A stretch of DNA of 60,047 nucleotides, counting the filler, from Circinaria calcarea (taxonomy: Eukaryota): the NCBI GenBank assembly GCA_051942165.1. It is 8 parts of 8 records of this genome, joined end to end, with 100 filler letters (N's around TTAATTAATTAA, not from the genome) between each part and the next. Parts side by side here need not be neighbours in the genome. Positions count along the whole stretch, not along the records: positions 37,610 to 45,028 come from JAVECS010001336.1; positions 45,129 to 52,545 come from JAVECS010001337.1; 6 more parts are not named here. One strand, 5' to 3'. The position numbers and the translations under genes were made by a program. This document shows positions 37,610-50,803 of the stretch, piece after piece (the stretch's first letter is position 1; the number at the start of each line of letters is the position of its first letter). The notes below the pieces were generated by a model. The model was not told the DNA's origin. It made no database searches and was given only the letters and a program-made list of their open reading frames with translations.

Positions 37610-39915
37610 CACAGGGACTGCCCAACCAGGTTCTGGAAATTTGCATGCGACGAAGGGAGTTGGGGATACGCAAGTCGCTCCGTGTAGAGCAAGGCTGAGT
37701 AGCGGAAGGATTCGGAAATATGCTCAAGGTCACGGCGGTTAACTTCGAGACTTGAAGAGCCCAGGGGCGCAGGAAGTAATGAGACATCGAGTCTCCACTC
37801 CTGTAATCTTTCCCTGATATCTGCCCATTCAGCCCAGAACGGAGTACGAGAGTCCATCTGGTTGACGTAGGCTTCGTCTTCTTCTAGAAGGTTTGCCCAA
37901 CCATTGCCATCCAATCGGCTGTAGTTCATACTGTAATAATCTTGCGTTTTAGGTAAAGGTTGTGGTTTGACCTTGGGGGTAGTATTGGAAGAGCTTTCTG
38001 CGACCGGTTTATTCTGGCTCAAGAGATTAAGGCGGCCGAGCCTCGAGATGGTTTGGAATAGTCGTCCATCACATCCTGCCAAATTTTCTAGAACCCACTC
38101 TTCATCCTCGAATACAAGCTCGTCGCTAGTGTCACCGTGAAATTGACCTTCACGATCATTAACTGTTGCCGTCATAGCATCGAACCATTTGAACATCGTA
38201 ATGAGCCAGTTTGTTTCTTTGGTATTGGTGCCAATATCGCCGCGCAATGCCAGTATCTTTTTGACTCCTGCAAATTGAGTCTTGAACTTGGCAACGCCAG
38301 TATCGCAAATGTGATACAGACATAGAACCAGTAAAGTTGCCAGAATCGAGTCGTCCTTTCGGCGAGATGGATCGGCGAGCTGACTGTTCAAAGTCCGGAT
38401 CGATTCGCCCTTGTGATGGAGCTCCTCCGCCGAAGGAACCCCCGGATTTGTGGACGGCGACGCTTCAAAACAGTAACTTGCATCATCATTTAAGAGGCTG
38501 TGAGCAATAGAAGACTTCCTGACAGAATGATCATGGGGTGTATCCGTAAGGGACGGGCGAGGCTGGGTAGCTGCGGATGGGTTGTGCTCTCGTCTCATCC
38601 GAAGATTACTTGCAGATAGTGCTGCAATCGCATGCTGTAGCGTCTCACTCTCCACTGCTAGGCGCAGGATGTGCGATCTATAGGGATTCGTTGGACCATC
38701 AAATGCGACGATGACGGGTGAAATGACTTTGTCATAGTAGTTTATGAGAAACCGCAAGCCTGGTGTGTTTCCCACAGTCAACGTTGGAATGGACCTCGCT
38801 ATAGCAAGCGCGGTCTCAATATCGTTGCCATGAGTCTGTGCATTCGGCACAAACAATTCATCTTGGACTGTGCCTGGATCGTCCATAACCTCATCGACGT
38901 CAGGCTCTGGTTCTTGGCCTTCGTGTATCGCATGGCCTGTTAGCAGATGATCCAAGGTATGGGCCACAATTGGATCTGCAAAAAAGCCTTCGTCTTCTTG
39001 AAAATCTTGGCTACTTCGGTCCGAACTCAGACTGGAACTCATTGCTTCCGAAGGCCAAGAACCAACATCCATTCCAGTGAAGAAATTACCTTCTATTGGA
39101 CTTGAATACATATCATGTTGTGGGTACCCTTTGTGAATTGGCATAGGCCCATCATATCCAACAAACGATGCGGCGACCGGCGAGCAATTAATCACGCCAT
39201 CATAGTGCTGCTCCCCACCCCAGCTATCAAAGACACCAGCAGTCATCGGTAATCCTCCGTGGTCTTGTATCTGCAACGCGGGCACATGTAGCGGTTCTAG
39301 AGAGTGGCGCCTCAGTCCCCGCTTGCCGATTGAACGTTGTTGATCGCGCAAAGTGCTTCTCCGGTGTGAGACGCTTGGCTGAGGCCAATGGAAGGTCGAA
39401 GAAGGCTGGCTGGCTGTTTGAATAGAGGTATTCGGATCCACATTCACGAACCCAAAAGCTGTAGACATTGACGCTTGCCTGCTGGAAGTCGGAGCTGAGA
39501 AATTATAATCTTTGGTGGCTTCCTTCTTGACGCCATTGCTCTTAGATTCCGTCTTTGTATTCGGAGTGCTCTTCCGACCCGTTCCTTTAGCTTCCTCTAC
39601 AGGGTCCACCTTCTTGCTCTTGGGGATAGGCAAGGCGAGGCCCCGCAATTTCCCCCGACTTGCAACGCCAACACCCCATGTCAACTGGGTTTTGTATCCT
39701 GAACAATCCTTTCCTCGATCCAAACACTGGGTGCAGTATGGCCTTCTTCTATCACAGGAGGTATGCCGATCTCGACAAGCAAAACAATCATCGGCCGCTC
39801 CCGTTGTCGGAGCTCTTCTTCGCCGCTTTCGAGGCGAGGTTGCGGGATTGGTCTCTGCAGAGACGGTGGTATCGACGGGAACGGTAGTATCAACAGGCTT
39901 TAGATTTGCGGCCAT
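37610..39915 (-). CDS. Zn(II)2Cys6 transcription factor, Acr-2-like, 3'-truncated
   Basis: RKRRRRAPTTGAADDCFAC..CDRRRPYCTQC..CSGYKTQLTWGVGVASRGKLRG plus a fungal-specific TF domain. Confidence 0.85.
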
Positions 39916-42900
39916 GGTGCTCTAGGTTGGAAAAATGATCGAATATCGTTTCGAACGTACGCTCTCTGGTACATATCCAGGACGACCGGGGGCTCCTTGG
40001 TTCTGTTATAAGTTTATTGTCAATCCTGTGCGAAGCCGAATTGATAGCATTGCCAACGACAGACGAAGTAACGCACAGGTAAACAACCACGAGAAGAACG
40101 AGAAGCCTCAGAAACGGGTATACCAGAGCATCTATCTTGTGAAGTTACTCGGCCATAGATGACGAAGGGGCGGACACCCTCTATCAAGTAGTCGCGGTCT
40201 GGGCAAATGCTTGTGTCACGGCCAGATGCATGGCTTGCTCCTTCGCTTGCTCCTCTTCCCCTCGATAGCGGAGCGCCTGCACGGGTGGCTTTCTAGACGA
40301 CGGCTGCGGAGTATCGCAAAGACATCAGTCAGAGGGCAAAACAGGCGACAACAGCTGGGTGGACGGTGATGGTCCCTGCACCCCGACCCAGGCAGGCGTG
40401 TGATTGGACGGACCCGGGCATGGGACCGGGCGTGGGCATGGTATGCTGCATACATTGTCGGTGCTAGCATCGTCTAGGGGGTGTGCAGCTATTTGAGTTA
40501 GGAGAGGAAGATGGACGGTGGTGGTGGGCAAAAGGAAAGTGGGAGGATGGAGGATGGGCCGTTCGGGCGTGTTTGATTGATGGACTTTGCGGAGTTCTTC
40601 CTCAGTTTGGCGAACTAGAGCATGCGCGTTGTTGCGAGCGAGAGACAGTAGAACGATTGAGATTGATTTCCCAGGGGAGACGGGGTTGTGCCTGCGTGGA
40701 TGCTGAACCCGACCGATGTGCCCGTGTGCGACACAACTATCTGCTGTGCATATCAGAGAGGCCGCCCCTTCCTATCATTTCCTCTGCCTGTGACCACCGG
40801 CGTCATGCTTTGGTCGGGAATGTCGAGGGATCGGCGCAGCTTCTACGGATTGACGGGGTAGGATGGAAGAGGCGAAGAAGGAAGAAGGCGGAGAATCTCG
40901 CTCGGTCGGTGCCAAGGTGAAGCCGAAGCGCTGCCTCTCGTCCTCTCACATTATTCCATTCAATCTTTGCCTCTTCACCCGTCGCCGAGTCGCCACCCTC
41001 CCCCCACCACCGGAGAATTTTGTGAATGCCTAGATCACAGCCGCTATCCCTCCATTTATCTCCCACCTTTGGGCGTTTGCATCTCGCTGGCCCCCTACGG
41101 AGGACCTCGTAGTCCTGGAGGAGAGCGTGGGAAGAGAAACCGGAGCGGGAAGGTTTACTCGATGCCGCTCAGACAAACGCGGGCCGTCTGGCAAATCAGA
41201 GGAATGTCTTTGTCTTAGTTTTAGTCTTAAGCCACGGCCGAATGCTTGTTATCGTGATCCCTGGTAAGCCTCCCGGCCAACTATGCCCTTGTGCTTGCAG
41301 TCTAATAATAAAGTACACCTTGCCTCCTACTCTCCCAGCGCATACTCGGTCCGTTCCCGACGAGGTTACCCCCCCCCTTCTCGCCAGCTGTGAATTCAAA
41401 ATGGAGGTCAGTACCTTTGCTAAGTGTTGGCCGTTCGGGTCACCCATTAGGGCCGACACAAGCCTCGTATAACCGAGTATCATGTCTCTCCGAGCCCCGT
41501 GCTCCTCTTCAACCAACCTTAACGGAGCCGCAAGGAATTATAGAATATCCGTCTCGGCAATTTCCGTTCATCAAATGTCCGGGTGTAATTCCAATCACTA
41601 CTTATCAGACTTGGAACAGAATAACGAGTAGAGAGTGAAATCCTTGGAGAAGCCCAGGGGGCTCTTGCCCCTGAACACTCGGACTCCAACGGCCCTCGGT
41701 TTCCAAGAGGGGTCCTTGGGAGCTGCGCGGTAGTCCCAAGCCCCAAGTGATGCCATTTACCTTAGGCACGCCATTCACTGGACTTAGATCCGGGGCTTAG
41801 GACTGTATCCGCCGTGCTCAGATTAAGTGTGGCCTAGTAGACATATCACAGGTTTTCTGGACCACCGGCCCCGACAGAAGCTCGCTTCGGTTAGAAATAG
41901 GTAAGCACTGATAGAGTCCACATTCGATGTCTTATTTTACCGGAGTACTTGTCGCTCCGTTAGTGAGATGGTAGTTTCCTTGGTATGCAGTCGATCCGCT
42001 CTTATCATTTGCCTGGAGGTCCATAACTGCTATTCTAGCATCGACGACTCTTCGATAAAGAGACGTCAGGGCCGAGTGCTAGAAGGAAATCGGAGTCCTC
42101 CGTAGACAAAGCTAATTCAATGCGAGGGCTCAATAGCATTGAACCTATGACCATCTTAGCTACACGAGCGCTTGTAGATGCCAGAGCTTTTGCTTGGCTC
42201 GACGGGAAGGTTGATCACCTGAACAGCTGGATAAGGTCCCTGAGCTCAAGGTAGCTCTCCGGCATACGAGGTAATTGAATTCCATCTCCATCAGAGTTGT
42301 ATGGCTCGAGAGCGAACCGGGTGCTTTGGATCAGAGTACCGCTTGTACGCTGAAAGCCTCAGAGTTACGCATTTTGCGGAGTATGGAACCAGACAGTCAG
42401 TGTCAGGCCCAATGCCAAGTCCGTTCCTTTGTCTCAGAAACTCAGACTGCTTTTGCTTCGCTGCCGCGTATTTTTCGGAATGGCTGTATGTAGTTAGTAG
42501 ATGCTAAAAATAGCGTGCGCGCGGATCGGAAAAACCTTTCTAGCGGAGTTAGTACGAAAGAAGTCTGAGGCCTCCGGAGCTTGCGGAGGTGGCACTGAGG
42601 CAACCGTTCCTGCATGTACGCTATTCGTACTCATGAATATCATGGCGCTGATGTAAGCAAACATCTGGACATTCAGCCTTACCACTCAGTCCACAAGCGA
42701 TGGGACATTGCTCTGTATGATGAACTTTACTACGAGTGGACCAGGACCCCCTCTAAAAATGAAAAGAGTAGAGCCATATGGCTTCATACCGACTTTTGAA
42801 TCAAAGAAGCCTTCTTACTCGCAGGATTGGCGACAGATGCACCGTTCACCCTCCTGATTTGTAAGAGAGAATATACGGTGAAGACCTAGTGTTGATGTGT

Positions 42901-44161
42901 GCACTTTTGGCCTGTCATCTCCAATGCCGTGGAGATGTTGGGGGAAAAGATACGAGAATGTAAGAATGTGGATGATAATGGGATGCCTTGATCGTCAGCA
43001 ATCTCCAAGTGGATGCGTGTTCACCAAATGATTTCAATGTTCTCGTCACGTTTGCGATGGACAGCCAATGCTGATACGCCACGACTTGACTCATAGGCCA
43101 CATTTTTTTATCCCCTAATATCTTGGCTTGTCATTCAGGTACCCCTGAAAGGAACCTTTACAGGTCCTTGAGCCACACACTTTTCGAGTTTGCTTTTTTT
43201 CTGATATGACAAGAGTACAAATGCCCTAGATGTTGCAATCTATTTCTGACGTATCGTCATGGATGATTTTATGAACTCTTTGATGAGAATAGTAAGATTG
43301 TTGATTGGTTAGGATGAGGCAGATATTGATCCGTGCATCATCACAGGCTTTAGGACGCTTTACCACGGCGAATGTCGGTACCAAAGAGGTGTCAGGCGGC
43401 TGGTAGTTCAGATGCAAAACCGCTCCCCCCGTCTTTCTTTCAATCGGGGGGTGACGGGACTAATTGAGCCTCTCTGTGTAACCACACAACTGCTGGCTAA
43501 CAACTCCACCTGCATAATCATGACACCAAGCTAGCCTCAATCGACTTCTATGAGTGGTCATAGCACTCGGCCGTTTTGTGTCAAACAGTAAATCCAATCA
43601 AACCCTAAAGGACTCGAACTCTAACGTGCTTCCTTAAAATGCCATAGTATGATTGCGGTACCTAGGCCTTCGTCAGCACTCGTCTCACCGTTAATCCTGT
43701 TCTACACCCTCTGTTTAAAAAGCTTCACCGATGCTGCTTTTTCATGGCAATCACGCGGAGAATATCCAAGACTTCGGCTGGTTACCTGATTTTTAGACTG
43801 CTGGCCTCGTACGACTAGTGACGGGCCTGATGGATGCACCGTGTACGCCTCAAGCAAAATGCTCTCTGCGAACGCAAAGATCTGCAAACCACGAACGCAG
43901 AATGCGATGGACGATGGCATAGCAGTGATCGTCTTATGGGTAGTATCCGCTTACCGTCCCTTAGTATAGGATAGTCCCGTAAGGCGTTCCTTGGTGAATT
44001 GGGCCACCATCATAGCAGGCTGCTATCATCATTTATCGCAAGACCAGTATCAACTTGGCTACTACAAATATGACCTCTACCTACCCTCTACAACTATCTC
44101 CTTCGCATCGGTTTCTCTTCTCCTCTCGACGACCTCGTTGCAACGATCCTGCTTCGTCACA

Positions 44162-44533
44162 ATGAGCCAACCCGCCCCAGGATACTTTACCTACAACTGC
44201 AAAAACTTCCAAACCCACAACTGCAAAGGAAAAGTCTTGGTGGCACAAACGGCGTGCAACGCATGTGTGGTAACTAGCCTGTTTTCTTCCAAGCTACCTT
44301 CCCCAAACCGTCGGTATTTTTGCTTACTTGGCACTAACAAGGCTGCTGGACGTGATAACCTCTACAACCCAAGAATCTGCTCAGAAGCACCAGACGTATC
44401 CGTCCCTATCATCCAATATGGACGTGTTTCCTATGTCAGAGTGAAGGAAGAGGACACGGCTCGCCTTTGGGAACCTGGTTTATTGCAAGAAGCATCGGAC
44501 ACTTCTACCGAATGTTACGTGCGTGAAGACTGA
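44162..44533 (+). CDS. Small hypothetical protein with an N-terminal C-x7-C..C-x2-C motif
   Basis: ATG at 44162, YNCKNFQTHNCKGKV..ACNACV|AAGR, and a 72-nt intron 44270-44341 with a CTAAC branch site. Confidence 0.55.
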   Translation: MSQPAPGYFTYNCKNFQTHNCKGKVLVAQTACNACVVTSLFSSKLPSPNRRYFCLLGTNKAAGRDNLYNPRICSEAPDVSVPIIQYGRVSYVRVKEEDTARLWEPGLLQEASDTSTECYVRED

Positions 44534-45028
44534 AACGAAAAACCATGAGTAAGAGCAGTTCGGCCGTATGATGATCAACACGGCAGTGGAAGACGGAAAC
44601 ATTTGCAGGAAATAGACTGAGAAATAACGGCACAATCAGTAGCAGGGGTTTTTGGGGATGAATGATGGACTTCTACATCAGGGTCAGGAATGAGCACACT
44701 TGTCTTACTTCACTTCCAGAAACGCTCAAAATCGTTCATTCTTCGAGTGTCAATTTCTGGGGGCGGGACAAACTAGATATATATAGAGCTGGAGAACACA
44801 AAAGCCATTACGCTCACACACATGAGATGATCGACAAAGCTTCCCGTCAAGGGTCTTGATTTGGGTAAACAGAAACATACTTAGACGATCTAATAAACTG
44901 ATCTCATCCAGGATAGGGGCATGATTTTTCTGAAGCATTTTCGAGAAAGTAAATGCTAATGAAGCTGCGTTCTACCTCAGCCCCTTTAGCTCGAACAATC
45001 CCTATTTTACAGAGAGAAGTCAATCACA

Positions 45029-45128
45029 NNNNNNNNNNNNNNNNNNNNNNNNNNNNNNNNNNNNNNNNNNNNTTAATTAATTAANNNNNNNNNNNNNNNN
45101 NNNNNNNNNNNNNNNNNNNNNNNNNNNN
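45029..45128. other. Artificial contig linker
   Basis: 44 N + TTAATTAATTAA + 44 N. Confidence 0.99.
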
Positions 45129-45835
45129 CTTTTATCCCCCGTTCCCATACCCATCCCCATCCTAATCCACCCCCAAACACCAGATGAAAGCCCAAAACTC
45201 AAAAGCCCAAAAGGCACACGGTCACTTTTCTTTCTCCCCCACCCTCTTCCCCTTCTTAGAAATCAAAACCAAAATCGAAAAATCAATGAGTAAAACGAAT
45301 TACGGTCACGAGAACGAGAACGATAGTTTGCACCCGTACACCACGGATACATAACATAATATAGCACGATTACCATCACTATCACCACTATCACCATCAT
45401 CACCATCACGGTGTGATAATTCCAAGAATATTCTAGAAACAAAAATAGGAACAAGAACAAGGATAAGAACTGAATGATTTTGATTCCGAAGCCCAGCCCG
45501 ACCACGATAGAATATACAATTCCCACTTTATTTCCACTCCATCCTACTCCTGTCAGCTCCACACTTTTATCCAGGTCTATCTATTTAGTATCGTATCATC
45601 TCTTCTACAACATAAATCTCAACTTATAAGATGTTATTCTATAGCGTGTCAGGAACAGCCAGCCCATCAGACCGATCGATCGATACATGATATATATATC
45701 TATGAACATGGACACGGGGGCCAAAATATATACTAGACTTTAACTTCTGCACCCAACGGAATTGCCTCCCGTCTATACGAGACAAATTCCCCTCCATTGA
45801 AGTGATAATAAATCTTTTTTAAAAAAGATAATCCC

Positions 45836-48800
45836 TTATCTCCCCTTCTCCCTTCCCCTCCTCCCAACATCCTCTCCCCATTGCACACTCCTTCCCTGAC
45901 TGACGGCTGGCGCATCCGCAAACCGAATCCCAGACGTTCTCATCCTGCCATTCCCAGGCTGACTGGGCTCCTCAATAGGTCTGTGATCCGGATCGGGTCT
46001 TCTCTCACCGCCATCGTCATCGCTATCGCTGTCTTTGCCGCCGTCTTCCTGCCGGAGGGCGGCCAAGCGACGCCTCCGTTCCGCATTGGTCTCGCCTGCT
46101 GAGGCCGAAGAACGCTCTCCGTGGTGAAGGATGGGTCCAGAAGCTGTATTGACAAGTTCTTGAGGAAGCGTTTGCCGAGTCAAGGGAGGTATGCGTTCAG
46201 TTCCGTCGTCGTCGGAGTCCCTCCGGGAAGATGCAAGGCGTCGGCGCCTTTGGGCGGCTGTCTCGGGTTGGCCGGCGGAATATTTGGAAAGGGTATCAGA
46301 GACGGAGTGAAAGGGAACGTCTTCGCCGTTGGAATCGACGAGAGTGAGTCCTTCGTCGCCAGCAGGACGATCTTCGTGAGTAGCCACTCTTTGGATCTGA
46401 GGCTGGCCCTGTTTACTGTCGGTTGTGTCGGGAAAAGGGAACGATTCACTTTGTTCAAGAGATGTTGGGAGTGCTTTTGAATGCTGTTGCTGCTTGGCTG
46501 TGTGATGTTCCTTGGCCTCTTGGAGCGCCTGCTGCTTAATATCGTCATGGACATCACTCTCCTGGAGAACTTCACAACGAGCTTTCGGATCCAGCTGCTG
46601 AATCTGCCTGATGAAGTCTGCTTTGCTCATGCGTCGACCACCCGCATTCACAGTAAAGCGAATTCGATCATCATCGTCATCAATTGCTGTTGGTTTGTTA
46701 CGTTTCTTGACTGCATCCTGGCCATATACTCCTCCAGGTGTAGCATCCCGGGATTCCCCGGATGCCACCCCTTTGTTACCAAGATGAGCCCAGGTACCTA
46801 CTCGATGCAGCCGATCTCGTACAGGCCCTGCATCCATAAAACTAACCCCTTTACCCGCCTGAGGACGTTTCTTTTCAGGGGTTGGAATATCGTACTTTTT
46901 GACAACTTCTCCGTCTTCATCTTCGACGATGATGGTGTTGCCATACTGGTATGCATGAGCTGGACCGCGACGATGCTCCGGAGTAGCTTTTGGTTTTGGA
47001 GTAACCCCACTATCTTTATGCTTGAATCCGTGCCAGTCACCCATTTTCTTCCTCAAGTTTCGATAGGCATGATTTGGATGCTCTAGGCCACTGGCGATAG
47101 CATGCTCGATTTCTTCGCCTTCGGTTTTTTCATGTTGATGGAACTTGCCTTTGGCGTATTCTCCTGAAGTATCCTTTTCCAGTGCCCTTTCAACATCGGC
47201 TACATGCTTTCTCTGCTGGTCCTCGGTCTCCCCATCAATTTTATGAGTATTTAATACAGTACCCTCCTCATCTTCAATTATTATCTCGTCGCCCTCTTGG
47301 TAAGTCTCAACCACAGGCTCGTTACGTCGTGCTCTATTCCTTTCGTTTTCTTGATTCTTGTTGACAACCTCCTGCATTTCCAGACCCTCTTGGGCGACAT
47401 CCTTTTCTCGAATCTCTGGCGATACATTTCCCTTTTCATCGACCGTATTAGACCCACTGCTGTTTTTGCGGCTAATGGGATTCGCTCTTCGTTGCGGAGT
47501 GATTGCCGACTGACTGATTGGTCCGCCGGGGCCGAGACCAGAATCCCATCTTTTTCGTCTTGATGTTGGGCGAAGACTCGAGGCTCGACTATTGTTGTTG
47601 CTGGGATTATCCTCTTCTTTCTGACGACGTAAGAAATTCCCAGGCAGGCCAACAGGAGGCAATGTGCCAGGTGGATACTCTGGGAGTTTCTCAGCGGACG
47701 TGTCGGTACTTTCGAAATCACCTTTGCCCTTGGACATTGAAGTTTTGGCGGTGGATTGGATCCTCGGGAGCCGATTCATCCACGAATGCCCATCCTCGTT
47801 AGCCTGAGTGTAGGACATTGTAAGGCTAAGCGTGTTGATACGTTTTCCCAACGTGAACACAGCGATAGAAGAACCATGAACAATTATCGAGGTAATGACC
47901 AAGAATGCCGTGATGGGCCAGATAACTTGTATAATGATATAGTTGTGTTCTCCTGGTCCAGGAAGAACAGCTAACGGTTCGGTAGTTTCGTGCTCTAATT
48001 CCGCCCTTGTGAGGATTGCGGCGAAAATTGCCCCTACACCAATCGGACCAAAGTGACCCGCGAACAAGGCTTCTCTCCAGTTCTTAATGTCCGGGACCAA
48101 TGGCTTCAGTGCCAACATGATCGGGATCCGGCGGAAAAAGACGACCAGAATAGCGATGACGACAAGTCGCCACGGAGTGATGCCTAGATCCGGTGCGTTG
48201 AATTGACTCCATGGGATAAGTGAACCCAAAAAGACAAAGTATGCCAGATTGAGGAGTAAATCGATAACGTTTGACACATGTGATTCCTCCGTCTTCTGAG
48301 TGAACCAACCGTCGTTACTAAACCCGACACCAGCGGCAAATCCCACGAGGAGATCGTCGAGGCCGAGTAAACTGCCAGACCCGGCACAGAATAGAGCCAA
48401 GACAAAGTAAAACACTAGGAAGCTCTCTCTATCGATGATTCCCTTGCTGTCCGCCCATTTAATGGCATGCCGGCCAAAGTATCCAATCAGCACCCCGTAC
48501 ACGGCCCCGAAGACACATTCGTACAAGATAGTAAAACAGATCCAATGGAATGCAACCTCGGATGCGTGGGGTCGATAGCGAAGGAGATAGAGCGACAGAT
48601 ATATGAAAGGGAATGCCATTCCATCGTTGCAGCCGGATTCGGCCGAGAGGAGATCTCGAAGATGCTTGGGGATCCGTTTGGCAAACTTGCCCTTTCCAAC
48701 CACCGACGAAGCCAGAACCGGATCGGTGGCGGTGACGCAAGCAGCAATGCATAGGCTTTCCAGCCATGTCAGGGGCTCTATCATCCACCAGATGAACAGA

Positions 48801-49156
48801 CTGGTGATCAGCCAGCCGTACGCCATGACAGGCACGAGCAAAAAGGTAACTGATCTCCAATGCCTCTCCATGTAGGCCTTTGGTAATTCCACCCCGATGG
48901 CGAAACATTGCACGACGAGAACGATGCGCGAGCACTCGAGCGTAATCAAATCTGCATTTCCCCATGATCTAGGGTCAAAGAGATTTGCCGCATGAGGTCC
49001 AAAGATGATGCCGCAGATGGTGGCGACGGTAGCTTCACCGATGTACAGCCGTTCCTTGACGAAAAGGGAAACCAACATGAACAGGCTGGTGAAGCCGCCA
49101 ATGATCATGTAGGCTACATGTGGCTTGTTGATTGAGAGTTGTTCCCATGCCGGCAT
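45836..49156 (-). CDS. NHA1: Plasma-membrane Na+(K+)/H+ antiporter
   Basis: 1106 aa: KERLYIGEA, TATDPVLAS, ESGCNDG, GHFGPIGVGA, VHGSS, and a long hydrophilic tail. Confidence 0.95.
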   Translation of the reverse strand: MPAWEQLSINKPHVAYMIIGGFTSLFMLVSLFVKERLYIGEATVATICGIIFGPHAANLFDPRSWGNADLITLECSRIVLVVQCFAIGVELPKAYMERHWRSVTFLLVPVMAYGWLITSLFIWWMIEPLTWLESLCIAACVTATDPVLASSVVGKGKFAKRIPKHLRDLLSAESGCNDGMAFPFIYLSLYLLRYRPHASEVAFHWICFTILYECVFGAVYGVLIGYFGRHAIKWADSKGIIDRESFLVFYFVLALFCAGSGSLLGLDDLLVGFAAGVGFSNDGWFTQKTEESHVSNVIDLLLNLAYFVFLGSLIPWSQFNAPDLGITPWRLVVIAILVVFFRRIPIMLALKPLVPDIKNWREALFAGHFGPIGVGAIFAAILTRAELEHETTEPLAVLPGPGEHNYIIIQVIWPITAFLVITSIIVHGSSIAVFTLGKRINTLSLTMSYTQANEDGHSWMNRLPRIQSTAKTSMSKGKGDFESTDTSAEKLPEYPPGTLPPVGLPGNFLRRQKEEDNPSNNNSRASSLRPTSRRKRWDSGLGPGGPISQSAITPQRRANPISRKNSSGSNTVDEKGNVSPEIREKDVAQEGLEMQEVVNKNQENERNRARRNEPVVETYQEGDEIIIEDEEGTVLNTHKIDGETEDQQRKHVADVERALEKDTSGEYAKGKFHQHEKTEGEEIEHAIASGLEHPNHAYRNLRKKMGDWHGFKHKDSGVTPKPKATPEHRRGPAHAYQYGNTIIVEDEDGEVVKKYDIPTPEKKRPQAGKGVSFMDAGPVRDRLHRVGTWAHLGNKGVASGESRDATPGGVYGQDAVKKRNKPTAIDDDDDRIRFTVNAGGRRMSKADFIRQIQQLDPKARCEVLQESDVHDDIKQQALQEAKEHHTAKQQQHSKALPTSLEQSESFPFPDTTDSKQGQPQIQRVATHEDRPAGDEGLTLVDSNGEDVPFHSVSDTLSKYSAGQPETAAQRRRRLASSRRDSDDDGTERIPPLTRQTLPQELVNTASGPILHHGERSSASAGETNAERRRRLAALRQEDGGKDSDSDDDGGERRPDPDHRPIEEPSQPGNGRMRTSGIRFADAPAVSQGRSVQWGEDVGRRGREKGR

Positions 49157-50803
49157 TTTGACCGTGTCTTGCGGTATCTTGTAGTGTAGATACAGTCTCC
49201 GGTGTCTTCCAGTTCAACTGTGTGTAGATGCTCTCAATTACGCGGATATCTCTGATATACCACTGATCTCTTCAAGGGCCAATGTCCCAATCGTTCGTTT
49301 CCCGCGCGTGGATCTCGTGAGACGGTCTCGAATTCATCCAGCCCTTGGTCTGCGCGGAATTGCCGCTTCAAGAGGCCGGAAGATGGGAACTGTTCTCGTA
49401 CGAGTAGGGCTTCCAGACGAAGTTCGCTGGCTTCTGCACCTCGTGCGGAGGTGAGGCACTGAAGATTGAAGGACGAGAACGGGAAGCAATGAGCAGCGGG
49501 AAGCGAGCGTGTAGAAGAGGGAACGAGGAAGAAGGAGAAGGAGAAGGCCTAGGGATTGCGAATTGCGGGTTGGATAGACCACGTAGCGGGGCAACTTCAG
49601 CCAAGTCGGCGGGCGATTTAAGTTTAGACCCGGGCCTTCCAAGTTTCTATGCTAAGGTCAACGAGACTCCTCCGTTCATAGACTCCAACCGGAACCCTCT
49701 CCGGTAACTGTAGCGGATCCCTTCTGTCAGGGAGAGGACTTGCTCCTGGAGGATGATATCTCGGTAATGCGGTGCGGGTGAGAGATATCTAACTTCCAAT
49801 CGAAAAATGAGACTTTTCCATCATACAGCAAAATAAACTGACAGCAGAACGTTCTCGCAGCAAGCGCCAAGCCGCTAAGGTCATCTCGGACAAGGATGCC
49901 GATATGATAAGCGAGGCCGGCCGTGCACAAAGTGCCGTGCACAAAGTCATTGCCGATCGAAGACAATCATGGTACAAAGTACTCCGTATAAGGGGTGTTC
50001 CGTTCCCACAATCTGTAGCTCGAGTCTTTCAATCTGGACTTCTATGCGTTCAAGGTCTTATGTGATTCAACGAAGCTATGCTTCCTGTGTGAGGAGTCCT
50101 CCCGTGCCATATTATTCTTTCCAGCAACGACTTCCGCTCAGCCCCGCCTCGTAAGGAGAACCGTTTGGCGCCAGCCGAGCCACTAGGCCTCTTTGGATGA
50201 GGCTTCTAGAACTACCGTGGAACTTTTCTGACTGCCCGGCATGAGACGTGGCGAAAACCGGGTTGGGATCTGCGTCGCCAAGCCACCGGCACTTATTGGC
50301 CGGGCATTGGCATTCGGGTCACGGGGTCATCTTTTGCAATGAGGGAGTCAAGTGTGGGAAGCAAACAGGATGAAGAGCCATGAGTGATCAAAGTCGGTTT
50401 TTGGATACTCCTACGCGCACGAGTATCCACCCCCTTCAAGCTTGGGTCTTTGACAGCTCGAGATCACTCTACTGTGGTACTTCACTGGAATTCTTTGGGC
50501 TTTCCATTCCTGCCCCGCGCAGAGATTCCACTACAGCATATGCAGCAACCAACTCCACACTCCCACCCTGAAACATTGGCCAAGGCCCAACCATAATCAC
50601 TCTTCCTTGATTGAAATCATTCATTCCTTCAGATCCGGATGATGCTTTTGGCTTCTGACGATTGTGTTGTCGATCCACCTCCGTCGTGGCCTAGGCGCCG
50701 TATGTTTCAAGCGGGTATTCCATCCCTTCCAATCTGAGTAACTGGATAAGCAGCCTCGGAGCCCATGGGAATTTGGTGAGGAGCCTAACCAACAAGCAAC
50801 ATA

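Noticed and set aside
41820..42900. tRNA-like start (GTGTGGCCTAGT) and intron-like signals
   Set aside because: No T-loop or cloverleaf, and no coherent spliced ORF.
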